DNA of 64,000 bases from an uncultured Lentisphaeraceae bacterium (GTDB lineage Bacteria; Verrucomicrobiota; Kiritimatiellia; RFP12; DVOR01), in contig CASEMS010000003.1 of NCBI GenBank assembly GCA_949288955.1, positions 5,290 to 69,289 on the forward strand. The letters are read 5' to 3'. A program made the position numbers and the translations under genes. Positions 48,010 to 58,611 of this stretch are shown here, piece after piece. A model generated the notes under the pieces. The model searched no databases and was not told the DNA's origin. It saw only the letters and a program-made list of their open reading frames with translations. Position 1 is the stretch's first letter. Each line of letters begins with the position of its first letter.

Positions 48010-49905
48010 ATGAAAACGACACTCCTCGCCTCTGCCGTGACCCTCGTGGCCGCCACCGCTTGGTGCGCCAAGCCCGACGTCATCCCCGAACTCCAGCAAT
48101 GGACGGACAACGCCGCCGCCGGCGACTACACGCTGGGCGCGGACGCCCGCGTCGTCATCCCCGAGGATGCCTGCCCCGCCCTCGAACGCTACGCCAAGAC
48201 CTTCGCCGACGAGATCGGCCGCCCGCTCGTCCGCGAGGACGCCGGCTGCCTCTGGGGCCTCTTCGGCTCGGAGGCGGCCCAGCCCGGCGACATCACCCTC
48301 ACCGTCACCCCCGACGACAAGGCCAACCCCGAGGGTTACACCCTCACCGCCGGCAAGGACGGCGTCCGCATCGCCGCCCCCACCCCGCTCGGCGCCTTCT
48401 GGGGCACCCGCTCCCTCCTCCAGGTCTTCCAGGCCAAGGGCAACACCTTCCCCGGCGGCGAGGCCAAGGACTGGCCCGAATACGCCCACCGCGGCTTCAT
48501 GTTCGACTGCGGCCGCAAGCCCTTCGCCCTTGACACCCTCCGCCAGCTGGCCAAGATCTGCTCCTACTACAAGCTGAACGAGCTCCACCTGCACCTCTCC
48601 GACAACTACATCTGGCTCCACCGCTATGCCGAGTGGTACCCGGACAAGGTGAAGACCGCCGCCGACATCCTCGCGGTCGAGCCCTCCGCCGGCGGCTTCC
48701 GGCTGGAGAACTCCAAGTATCCCGAACTCACCTCCAAGGACATCTTCTACACCAAGGCGCAGTTCAAAGACCTCGTCGCCGAGGCCGACGCCCAGGGTGT
48801 TACCATCGTCCCCGAGCTCGACGTCCCCGGCCACGCCCTCCAGATGGTCCGTGTCCGCCCCGACCTCATGTACAAAGGCTCCGTCGGCGGCAAGCATGAC
48901 ATGGAGCGCGCCGCGATGCTCGACCTCTCCAACCCCGAGACCCTCCCCTTCGTCGCCTCCATCTTCGATGAGTACATCGACGAAGGCGTCTTCCCCGGCC
49001 AGGTCGTCCACACCGGCACGGACGAGTATTACGGCGACAACGAGAGCTATCGCAAGTTCGTCGACGCCTTCTGCAAGCACATCCGTTCCAAGGGTAAGAC
49101 CCCGCGCCTGTGGGGCTCCTTCAGCCACAAGCGCGGCAAGACCCCCGTGGAGTCCACCGGCGTGCAGATGAACATCTGGAACATGGGCTGGCAGAATCCC
49201 GTCGAGGCCACCAAGGCCGGCTACGCCATCATGAACACGCTGGACATCTGGATGTACATCGTCCCCAGCGGCAACGGCTCCGTCGGCGGCTACGGCGACG
49301 ACCTCAACACCAAGTGGGTCTACAACAACTGGAATCCCATCACCTTCCCCAAGACCAAAGCCGAGGATCTCGACCGCTCCAAGGTGCTCGGCGGCTCCTG
49401 GGCTATGTGGAACGACAACGCCTTCCTCACCGACCCCGGCCTCTGCGCCGAGGACCTCCTCCCCCGCATCCAGCGCAACTGCGCCACCGTCGCCCAGAAG
49501 TGCTGGGTCAAGGCCAACGGCCGCCCCTACGAGGCCTTCCTCGCCCAAGTCAACGCCCAGGCCAACGCCCTCGACACCGCCGAGCCCCAGCCCTGGGAGA
49601 TGACCTTTGAGGTCACCGTCCCCGCCGGCAACGCCAAGAAGCCCATCCTCCTGGCCTCCAGCGGTGAGACCGACCTCTACGCCGTCAGCCCCGTCAATGG
49701 CAACATCGGCTTCCGCCGCGAGGGCGCCCAATACACCTTCGACGCCACCCTCCCCGAGGGCAAGGCCACCAAGGTTACCTTCCACTCCGAGAAGTACAAG
49801 ACCTGGGTCGTCGTCGACGGCAAGAAGATCGAGGGCAACCCCGTCCGCGAGCACTATCCCAAGACCTGCAAGTTCTTCACCCTCGCCAAGCCCCAGGCGA
49901 AGTAA
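48010..49905 (+). CDS. Secreted GH20 beta-N-acetylhexosaminidase/lacto-N-biosidase-like, copy 1
   Basis: DWPEYAHRGFMFDCGRK, HLHLSDN, PELDVPGH, HTGTDE, GGSWAMWND. Confidence 0.92.
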   Translation: MKTTLLASAVTLVAATAWCAKPDVIPELQQWTDNAAAGDYTLGADARVVIPEDACPALERYAKTFADEIGRPLVREDAGCLWGLFGSEAAQPGDITLTVTPDDKANPEGYTLTAGKDGVRIAAPTPLGAFWGTRSLLQVFQAKGNTFPGGEAKDWPEYAHRGFMFDCGRKPFALDTLRQLAKICSYYKLNELHLHLSDNYIWLHRYAEWYPDKVKTAADILAVEPSAGGFRLENSKYPELTSKDIFYTKAQFKDLVAEADAQGVTIVPELDVPGHALQMVRVRPDLMYKGSVGGKHDMERAAMLDLSNPETLPFVASIFDEYIDEGVFPGQVVHTGTDEYYGDNESYRKFVDAFCKHIRSKGKTPRLWGSFSHKRGKTPVESTGVQMNIWNMGWQNPVEATKAGYAIMNTLDIWMYIVPSGNGSVGGYGDDLNTKWVYNNWNPITFPKTKAEDLDRSKVLGGSWAMWNDNAFLTDPGLCAEDLLPRIQRNCATVAQKCWVKANGRPYEAFLAQVNAQANALDTAEPQPWEMTFEVTVPAGNAKKPILLASSGETDLYAVSPVNGNIGFRREGAQYTFDATLPEGKATKVTFHSEKYKTWVVVDGKKIEGNPVREHYPKTCKFFTLAKPQAK

Positions 49906-49922
49906 GGACACGAGTACGCACC

Positions 49923-49952
49923 AAGGCCTCCGGCACCCGCCGGGGGCCTTTT
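49923..49952 (+). terminator. Intrinsic terminator between the GH20 copies
   Basis: AAGGCCTCCGGC-ACCC-GCCGGGGGCCTTTT. Confidence 0.7.
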
Positions 49953-49981
49953 CGTCCCCATGATCGTGCTATCATAACCCC

Positions 49982-51835
49982 ATGAAAGCGTTCCTCCTCC
50001 CCACCCTCCTCCTCGCCGCCGCCACCGCTTGGTGCGCCAAGCCCGAGGTCATCCCCGAACTCCGCCAATGGACGGACAACGCCGCCGCCGGCGCCTACAC
50101 GCTGGGCGCGGATGCCCGCGTCGTCATCCCCGAGGACGCCTCCCCCGCCCTCGTGCGCCACGCCCAGACCTTCGCCGACGAGATCGGCCGCGCCGTGGCG
50201 CGCACGGCCAGACCCGGCGACATCGTCCTCACCGTCGCCCCCGACCCCAAGGCCAATCCCGAGGGTTACACCCTCACCGCCGGCAAGGACGGCATCCGCA
50301 TCGCCGCCCCCACCCCGCTCGGCGCCTTCTGGGGCACCCGCTCCCTCCTCCAGGTCTTCCAGGCCAAGGGCAACACCTTCCCCGGAGGCGAGGCCAAGGA
50401 CTGGCCCGAATACGCCCACCGCGGCTTCATGTTCGACTGCGGCCGCAAGCCCTTCGCCCTCGACACCCTCCGCCAGCTGGTGCGAATCTGCTCCTACTAC
50501 AAGCTGAACGAACTCCAACTCCACCTCTCCGACAACTACATCTGGCTCCACCGCTACGCCGAGTGGTTCCCGGACAAGGTGAAGACCGCCGCCGACATCC
50601 TCAAGGTCGAGCCCTCCCCCGGTGCCTTCCGGCTGGAGAACGCCAAGTATCCCGCCCTCACCTCCACCGACATCGCCTACTCCAAGGCGCAGTTCAAGAA
50701 CCTCGTCGCCGAAGCCGCCGCGCAGGGCGTTACCATCGTCCCCGAGCTCGACGTCCCCGGCCACGCCCTTCAGATGGTCCGCGCCCGCCCCGACCTCATG
50801 TACAAAGGCCCCATCCACGGCAAGCATGACATGGAGCGCGCCGCGATGCTCGACCTTGACAACCCCGAGACCCTCCCCTACGTCGCCTCCATCTTCGATG
50901 AGTACATCGACGAAGGCGTCTTCCCCGGTCAGGTCGTCCACATCGGGGGCGATGAGTATTACGGCGACAACGAGAGCTACCGACGCTTCATCGACGCCCT
51001 CTGCAAGCACCTCCTTGCCAAGGGCAAGACCCCGCGCCTCTGGTGCTCCTTCCGTCGCAAGCCCGGCAAGACCCCCGTCTCCTCCAAGGGCGTGCAGGCC
51101 AGCATCTGGAGCATGGACTGGGAACGCCCCCTCCCCGCCATCCAAGCCGGCTTCGACATCCTCAACATCCTCGACTCCTGGACCTATATCGTCCCCCGAG
51201 GCGGCAACCGCGTCGGTGCCTATGGCGACGACCTCGACACCCGGAAACTCTACGAACAGTGGTCGCCCCTCACCTTCCCCAACACCGACCCCGCCGCCAT
51301 CGACCGCGCCAAGCTCCTCGGCGGCGCCTGGGCGCTCTGGACGGACGTCTCTGGCCCCTCCGACCCCGGCCTCTGCGCCAAGGACCTCCTCCCCCGCATC
51401 CAGCGCCTCTGCGCCACCTTCGCCCAGAAATGCTGGGTCAAGGCCAACGGCCGCCCCTACGAGGCCTTCCTCGCCCAGGTCAACGCCCAGGCCAACGCCC
51501 TCGACACCGCCGAGCCCCAGCCCTGGGAGATGACCTTCGAGGTCACCGTCCCCGCCGGCAACGCCAAGAAGCCCATCCTCCTGACCTCCAGCGGCGAGAC
51601 CGACCTCTACGCCGTCAGCCCCGTCAACGGCAACATCGGCTTCCGCCGCGAGGGCGCCCAATACACCTTCGACGCCGCCCTCCCCGAGGGCAAGACCTCC
51701 AAGGTTACCTTCCACTCCGAGAAGTACAAGACCTGGGTCGTTGTCGACGGCAAGAAGATCGAGGGCAACCCCGTCCGCGAGCACTACCCCAAGACCTGCA
51801 AATTCTTCACCCTCGCCAAGCCCCAGGCGAAGTAA
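49982..51835 (+). CDS. Secreted GH20, copy 2 (tandem paralogue)
   Basis: Same motifs, with HIGGDE and GGAWALWTD; ends almost identical to copy 1. Confidence 0.92.
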   Translation: MKAFLLPTLLLAAATAWCAKPEVIPELRQWTDNAAAGAYTLGADARVVIPEDASPALVRHAQTFADEIGRAVARTARPGDIVLTVAPDPKANPEGYTLTAGKDGIRIAAPTPLGAFWGTRSLLQVFQAKGNTFPGGEAKDWPEYAHRGFMFDCGRKPFALDTLRQLVRICSYYKLNELQLHLSDNYIWLHRYAEWFPDKVKTAADILKVEPSPGAFRLENAKYPALTSTDIAYSKAQFKNLVAEAAAQGVTIVPELDVPGHALQMVRARPDLMYKGPIHGKHDMERAAMLDLDNPETLPYVASIFDEYIDEGVFPGQVVHIGGDEYYGDNESYRRFIDALCKHLLAKGKTPRLWCSFRRKPGKTPVSSKGVQASIWSMDWERPLPAIQAGFDILNILDSWTYIVPRGGNRVGAYGDDLDTRKLYEQWSPLTFPNTDPAAIDRAKLLGGAWALWTDVSGPSDPGLCAKDLLPRIQRLCATFAQKCWVKANGRPYEAFLAQVNAQANALDTAEPQPWEMTFEVTVPAGNAKKPILLTSSGETDLYAVSPVNGNIGFRREGAQYTFDAALPEGKTSKVTFHSEKYKTWVVVDGKKIEGNPVREHYPKTCKFFTLAKPQAK

Positions 51836-51852
51836 CTCCCCCCCGCAGAGAC

Positions 51853-51895
51853 AAAAAACGCCCCCGCGCTCACAAAAGCGCGGGGGCGTTTTTTT
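51853..51895. terminator. Bidirectional intrinsic terminator
   Basis: AAAAAACGCCCCCGCGCT-CACAAA-AGCGCGGGGGCGTTTTTT. Confidence 0.88.
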
Positions 51896-51916
51896 ATCCG
51901 GCCACGGCAACGCGCG

Positions 51917-53539
51917 TCAGGCTTCCGAGCCGCGTGCCTGGGCGGCGGCGCGGGCGAGGCAGACGGGGCCGCCCTTGAGGCGGGCGAAGAGCGGGCTGGC
52001 GCGGTAGGCGGCGGGGAGGTCGCAGCCGAAGTCGCGGACGTTGCCGCCATTGCCCTCGTGGAAGCCGCAGGGCTGGAGGCGGCCGTCGTGGGCGAGGAAG
52101 CAGAAGCCCGCGCCGGCCATGCAGCCGTTGAGGCGGCTCTTGGGGGGCGTGGGGCGGGCGGCGGCCAAGGCGAGGACGTGCGGCTCGCAGGTAACGTGGA
52201 CGGGAAGCGCGCCCTCCGCGTCGAGGTCAAGGATCGTGTTCAGGGCGCGGTCGCGTTCGGCGGCATCGAGGCATTGGGCGGCGATGGCGGCGCCGCGGCC
52301 GACGGGGACGAGGAAGAAGTAGTCAATGCGCGTGGCGCCTTGGGCGAGGGCGAAGTCGCGCATCGCGCGAAGCGTGCCAAGCCCGGCGCGGGTTACGGTG
52401 TGGTTGAGCTGGAAGGGCAGGCCGACCGCGCGGGCGGCGGCCATCGCGTCGAGGGCGATCCGGAAGGCGCCGGGGACGCCGCGGAAGGCATCGTGGGTGG
52501 CGGCGTCGGGGCCGTCGACGCTGATGGAGAGGGCGCGGACGCCGGCTTCCTTGAGGGCGCGGAGGCGATCGGGGGTGGCGAAGCGGCCGCAGGGGGCCAA
52601 GACGCAGGGAAAGCCGAGGCCGGAGGCGTGGCGAACCAATCCCTCAAGGCCCTCGCGGCACATCGGCTCCCCCCCGGTGAGAATGAGGAGCGGCTTGCGG
52701 CCCTCGGGATAGGCGGCGGCGAGGGTGTCGAGGACGAGGCGGCACTCGGCGTCGGTCAGCTCCCCGGCATAAGCCTCGTCGCGCGCGGCGCCGCGGCAAT
52801 GACGGCAGGCCATCGGGCAACGCCGGGTGAGCTCCCAGGCCAACACGCGAATGGGCAAGGGCGACGGGGGAAGGAGCGCCTCGACGGCGCGCAGGGCGGC
52901 GGGGAGATCCTCGTAGCCGGGGAGAAGGGCGTCGGCGCCCGCGGCGCGGAGCGCCTCGGGCGGCTCCCACCCGGCGACGGTTACGGCCAAGGCGGGAAGG
53001 TGGGCGGCATGGGCGGCCCGCACGTCCTTGGGCGTGTCGCCCACAAGCAGGACAGGCTCGGCGCCGCGTGCGCGGGCACGTTGGCAGGCGACGGCGGCGA
53101 TGGCGTCGCGGTCGTGGCTGTCGGTGGCGTAGGCGCCGAAGTCGAAGAGGTCGGCCAGCCCCGCATGAAGGAGTTTGGCCCAGGCGATGGCGCGGATGTT
53201 GCCCGTTACGACGCCCAGCAGAAAGCCCCGCGCGCGGAGCGCCTCCAGAAAGGCGCGGACGCCGGGGTAGACCAAGATGGGGCCGGCGGCCAGACGCGGC
53301 TCCAGCCGCTTGGTCAGCTCGATGAAGAAACGCTCCTCCCGCGCGGGGGTGGAGGCCACGCCGCATTCGGCGGCGAGCGCACGGATGACGGCGGTGTCCG
53401 TGGCACCGACGAACGAGACGCGCTCCACCTCAGGCGTAACGCCATAGGCGGCGGCGAAAGCCTCGGCGAAGGCGGGCCTGCCAAGGCCCTTGGCATAGAG
53501 AAGGGTTCCGTCGATGTCGAAAAGGATGGCGCGCTTCAT
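51917..53539 (-). CDS. Fusion of a HAD-family phosphatase and an AhbD/NirJ-like radical SAM protein with truncated SPASM
   Basis: FDIDGTL, VTGN, VGDTPKD; then AWELTRRCPMACRHC, LTGGEP, ISVDG...HDAFRG, LVPVGRG, GCMAG...QPCG; one continuous frame. Confidence 0.82.
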   Translation of the reverse strand: MKRAILFDIDGTLLYAKGLGRPAFAEAFAAAYGVTPEVERVSFVGATDTAVIRALAAECGVASTPAREERFFIELTKRLEPRLAAGPILVYPGVRAFLEALRARGFLLGVVTGNIRAIAWAKLLHAGLADLFDFGAYATDSHDRDAIAAVACQRARARGAEPVLLVGDTPKDVRAAHAAHLPALAVTVAGWEPPEALRAAGADALLPGYEDLPAALRAVEALLPPSPLPIRVLAWELTRRCPMACRHCRGAARDEAYAGELTDAECRLVLDTLAAAYPEGRKPLLILTGGEPMCREGLEGLVRHASGLGFPCVLAPCGRFATPDRLRALKEAGVRALSISVDGPDAATHDAFRGVPGAFRIALDAMAAARAVGLPFQLNHTVTRAGLGTLRAMRDFALAQGATRIDYFFLVPVGRGAAIAAQCLDAAERDRALNTILDLDAEGALPVHVTCEPHVLALAAARPTPPKSRLNGCMAGAGFCFLAHDGRLQPCGFHEGNGGNVRDFGCDLPAAYRASPLFARLKGGPVCLARAAAQARGSEA

Positions 53540-53649
53540 AGGTATCCTATTGTAGCACAGACCATCCCCGCCCACGCGCCTGCCGCGCCAAGCGGTGGAA
53601 AGAGAAGTTGGGCGGCTTGGAGCTTCGGAGGCTGGGCGCACACCGAAAA

Positions 53650-53845
53650 ACGACTCAGCCGCCGATCCGGGGAGACTCAGCGGCTGACCCGAGGAGACTC
53701 AGCCGCCGACCCGAGGAGACTCAGCCGCCGATCCGGGGAGACTCAGCCGCCAATCCAACGAGACTCAGCCGCCAATCCAACGAGACTCAGCCGCCGATCC
53801 GGGGAGACTCAGCCGCTGACGCTCGGTGGATTGGCTGCCGAGGCG
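53650..53845. repeat. 22-bp palindromic repeat array (9 units)
   Basis: GACTCAG at 53652, 53674, 53696, 53718, 53740, 53762, 53784, 53806, plus a degenerate unit at 53828. Confidence 0.97.
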
Positions 53846-53852
53846 GGGAGGG

Positions 53853-54296
53853 TCAGGGGATGCGGTTGGCGAGGAGGTCGGGGAGGGTGACGCCGAGGTC
53901 GGCGAGGGGGAGGAGGACGAAGTCGCGTTGGGCGGCGCGTGGGTGAGGGAGGGTAAGGAGCGGGGTGTCGAGGGTCACGCCTTCGTAGAGGATGAGGTCG
54001 AGGTCGATGGGGCGGGGGCCGTTGCGGATGGTGCGGACGCGGCCGGCCTCGGCCTCGATGCGCAGGAGGGCGGCAAGGAGCTCCTCGGGCGTGAGGGAGG
54101 TCTCGACGAGCAGGGCGGAGTTGAGGAAGGGGAGGTGGGCGAACTGCGGGGGGACGCCGACGGGGGCGGTCTCGTAACGGCGGGCGGCTTTGAGGATGCG
54201 TGTGCCGGGGAGGCCGGCGATGGCGGCGCGGGCATTGGAAAGGGCCTCCTCGCGGAGGCCCTGGTTGCTGCCGAGCGCGATGACGGCGCGTGGCAT
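53853..54296 (-). CDS. folK: 2-amino-4-hydroxy-6-hydroxymethyldihydropteridine diphosphokinase
   Basis: IALGSNQG, YETAPVG, FLN, GPRPIDLDL, LPHPR...RDFVLLPL. Confidence 0.95.
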   Translation of the reverse strand: MPRAVIALGSNQGLREEALSNARAAIAGLPGTRILKAARRYETAPVGVPPQFAHLPFLNSALLVETSLTPEELLAALLRIEAEAGRVRTIRNGPRPIDLDLILYEGVTLDTPLLTLPHPRAAQRDFVLLPLADLGVTLPDLLANRIP

Positions 54297-54299
54297 GGG

Positions 54300-55070
54300 T
54301 CAGTCCCTGAAGCCGAGGACGTCGCGCATGTCGTAGAGCCCGGGCGCGCGGCCTTGGAGCCACTGGGCGGCCTTGATGGCGCCCTTGGCGAAGGCGGCGC
54401 GGGAGGAGGCTTTGTGGGTGATCTCGACGCGTTCCTCGTCGGCGGCGAAGAGGACGGTGTGGTCGCCCACCACCGAGCCGCCGCGGAGGGCGTGGACGCC
54501 GATCTCGCCGCGGGGGCGCTCGCCGACGATGCCGTGGCGGCCATAGACGGCCACCGCGTCCAGGGAGACGCCGCGTCCCTCGGCGAGGGCGTTGGCGAGG
54601 CCCAGGGCGGTGCCGCTGGGGGCGTCCTTCTTGTGGCGATGGTGCATCTCGACGATCTCGGCGTCGTAGCTGTCATCCAGGACGGTGGCGGCGCGGCGGA
54701 CGAGTTCGAGGAGGAGGTTCACGCCGAGGGAGAAGTTGGGCGCGAAGCAGAGGGGAAGGGTCTTGGCGGCCTCATCCACGGCGGCGCGTTCCTCGGGGGT
54801 GAGGCCAGTGGTGCCGAGCACGTAGGCTTGGCGGTTGGCGGCGGCGGCCCGGAGGTTGGGGATGACGCAAGTGTGGAAGGTGAAGTCGATGACGGTGTCG
54901 GCCTCGGCGGGCCAGGCTTCCTGATAGACCAGGCCGGGCGCGGCGGGTTGGCCGATGTGGGGGGAGCCGGGGGCCTCGGTGACGGCGACGACCTCAAGGC
55001 CCTGTTCCTTGGCGCAGGCGAGGAGCATCTGCCCCATGCGGCCGGCGCCGCCCAAGATGGCGAGTTTCAT
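54300..55070 (-). CDS. dapB: 4-hydroxy-tetrahydrodipicolinate reductase
   Basis: GGAGRMG, IDFT, GTTG, NFSLGVN, EMHHRHKKDAPSGTA. Confidence 0.96.
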   Translation of the reverse strand: MKLAILGGAGRMGQMLLACAKEQGLEVVAVTEAPGSPHIGQPAAPGLVYQEAWPAEADTVIDFTFHTCVIPNLRAAAANRQAYVLGTTGLTPEERAAVDEAAKTLPLCFAPNFSLGVNLLLELVRRAATVLDDSYDAEIVEMHHRHKKDAPSGTALGLANALAEGRGVSLDAVAVYGRHGIVGERPRGEIGVHALRGGSVVGDHTVLFAADEERVEITHKASSRAAFAKGAIKAAQWLQGRAPGLYDMRDVLGFRD

Positions 55071-55080
55071 GCGCGGTTCC

Positions 55081-55959
55081 TCACTGGATGAGCCCCAGAC
55101 CGCGCAGGCAGGCGCGGATCGTCTCGGTGCTCGCCTCGTCGGGCGGGCAGAGGGGCAGACGGTAGACGGGGTGGATCTTGCCCATCATGCCGAGCGCGGC
55201 CTTGACGGGGATCGGGTTGGTGTCGCAGAAGAGATCGCGGAAGAGGCCGTAGTACCGCTCGTGATACTCACGGGCCTTCACGAAGTCGCCATCCAAGGCG
55301 AGGTTCACCATCTCGGACATCGCACGCGGGATGACGTTGGAGGCCACGGAGATGACGCCCTGCGCGCCCACCGCCAACATGGGGAGGGTCAGCGCATCGT
55401 CGCCGGAGAGGATGGTGAGGTCGGGGCAGAGGTGGCGGATGGCCGAGACGCGGTCGACGCTTCCGGCGGCCTCCTTGATGGCACAGACGTTGGGGTGCGC
55501 GGCGAGGCGCGCCACGACGGGGAGCGGGATCTCCTTGGCGCTGCGGCCGGGCACGTTGTAGAGCACCACGGGCAGGCCGAGATCGGCGACGGCGGCGAAG
55601 TGGCGGTAGAGGCCCTCGGCGTTCGGCTTGTTGTAGTAAGGGGTCACCTGCAGGGTGGCATCGACGCCCAGACCGAGGATCTCCTTGGTGAGGTGGATGG
55701 CCTCCTCGGTGGAGTTGGCGCCGGTCCCGGCGATGATCCGGGCCTTGCCGGCGACGGCATCGACGGTCGCCTCGATGACCTTGAGGTGGTCGGCGGGGCT
55801 GAGCGTGGGGCTTTCGCCGGTGGTGCCGACGGGACTCACGCCCGCGACGCCCTCCGAGATCTGCCACTGGATGAGCGCGCGCAGGGCGCCGTAGTCCACG
55901 GAGCCATCCGTGTTGAAGGGCGTTACGAGTGCGCTGAAGACACCTTTGAGTTTGAGCAT
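55081..55959 (-). CDS. dapA: 4-hydroxy-tetrahydrodipicolinate synthase
   Basis: ALVTPF, GTTGES, PYYNKP, YNVPGR, IKEA, SGDD, TNPIPVK. Confidence 0.96.
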   Translation of the reverse strand: MLKLKGVFSALVTPFNTDGSVDYGALRALIQWQISEGVAGVSPVGTTGESPTLSPADHLKVIEATVDAVAGKARIIAGTGANSTEEAIHLTKEILGLGVDATLQVTPYYNKPNAEGLYRHFAAVADLGLPVVLYNVPGRSAKEIPLPVVARLAAHPNVCAIKEAAGSVDRVSAIRHLCPDLTILSGDDALTLPMLAVGAQGVISVASNVIPRAMSEMVNLALDGDFVKAREYHERYYGLFRDLFCDTNPIPVKAALGMMGKIHPVYRLPLCPPDEASTETIRACLRGLGLIQ

Positions 55960-55999
55960 GGGGCTGTTTCCTTTGGCGGCACAGTATAGCACAGGCCGC

Positions 56000-57715
<1,716 letters not shown>

Positions 57716-57798
57716 GTCGCTGAAATCCTCGTTTGTTGGTGCGCATTATACCATAGACGCGCGCCCCCGTCTTTTCGGCCCGGCCCCCCGCCTACCCC

Positions 57799-57837
57799 GG
57801 ATCGGCGGCTGACCCAAGGTGGATCAGGGGCCGATCC
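57799..57837. repeat. 22-bp palindromic repeat doublet
   Basis: GGATCGGCGGCTGACC 57799 and GGATCAGGGGCCGATCC 57821, between divergent glnS and rpe promoters. Confidence 0.8.
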
Positions 57838-57916
57838 GAGACGGGCCAGGGGCCGAGCCCGACGCGCCGCGCGTGGACGCTGTGTTATAATGCGCCCCCA
57901 AAAAAGGGAAAGAACC

Positions 57917-58594
57917 ATGAAGATTTCCATTCTGCCTTCGTTGTTGGCGGCCGACCAGGGCCGACTGAGGGATGAGATCGCGCGGGTGGTGGCCTCGGGC
58001 GCGGACGCGCTCCACCTGGACGTGATGGACGGCCATTTCGTCCCCAACCTCTCCTTCTCCCCGGACACGGCGGCGCTCTGCCGCAAAACGCTGCCGGAGG
58101 GCTTCGCGCTGAACACCCATCTGATGATGACCAACCCCGACGCCTACGCCACCCGCTTCGCGGAGAAAGGGAGCACCACCGTGCAGTTCCATCTGGAGCT
58201 GCGCGACACGGTGAACGTCCGCGCCCTGGCCGCGGCCTTGGAGGCGCGCAACGTGCGCGTGGGGCTGGCGCTGAACCCCGAGACCCCGGCGGAGGTGGCC
58301 TTCCCTTACCTGGACGTGGCCGACGAGGTGCTCTGCATGACCGTCCACCCCGGCTACGGCGGCCAGGCCTTCATCGCCGAGGTGCTGCCGAAGATCGCGG
58401 CGTTGCGCAAGCGCGCGCCGGCCCTGGACATCATGGTGGACGGCGGCGTGAACGCGGAGACGGCGGTTTTGGCCGCCCGGGCGGGCGCCAACGCCTTCGT
58501 GGCCGGCTCCTTCCTCTTCGCCCAGGCGGACATGGCGGCGGCGGTGGCCGACCTGCGGGCACGCTGCGAGGCGGCCTTCGGCCAAGGCCTCTGA
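57917..58594 (+). CDS. rpe: Ribulose-phosphate 3-epimerase
   Basis: PSLLAAD, HLDVMDGHFVPN, HLM, LNPETP, MTVHPGYGGQ, VDGG. Confidence 0.96.
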   Translation: MKISILPSLLAADQGRLRDEIARVVASGADALHLDVMDGHFVPNLSFSPDTAALCRKTLPEGFALNTHLMMTNPDAYATRFAEKGSTTVQFHLELRDTVNVRALAAALEARNVRVGLALNPETPAEVAFPYLDVADEVLCMTVHPGYGGQAFIAEVLPKIAALRKRAPALDIMVDGGVNAETAVLAARAGANAFVAGSFLFAQADMAAAVADLRARCEAAFGQGL

Positions 58595-58611
58595 GCGCGT
58601 GGGGGGGGTGC

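Noticed and set aside
48010-51835. GH20 pair as DGR template/variable repeats
   Set aside because: Differences are not adenine-specific, both copies are full genes, and no reverse transcriptase is present.
53606-53638. Degenerate 8-nt repeats (GCTTGGAG-like) here and at ~18013-18030 beside arrays
   Set aside because: Too short and degenerate to separate from chance or eroded array units.
53650-53845. 22-bp arrays as CRISPR arrays
   Set aside because: Linkers are only ~5 nt and reused, repeats are degenerate, and there are no 30-40 nt unique spacers, leader or cas genes.
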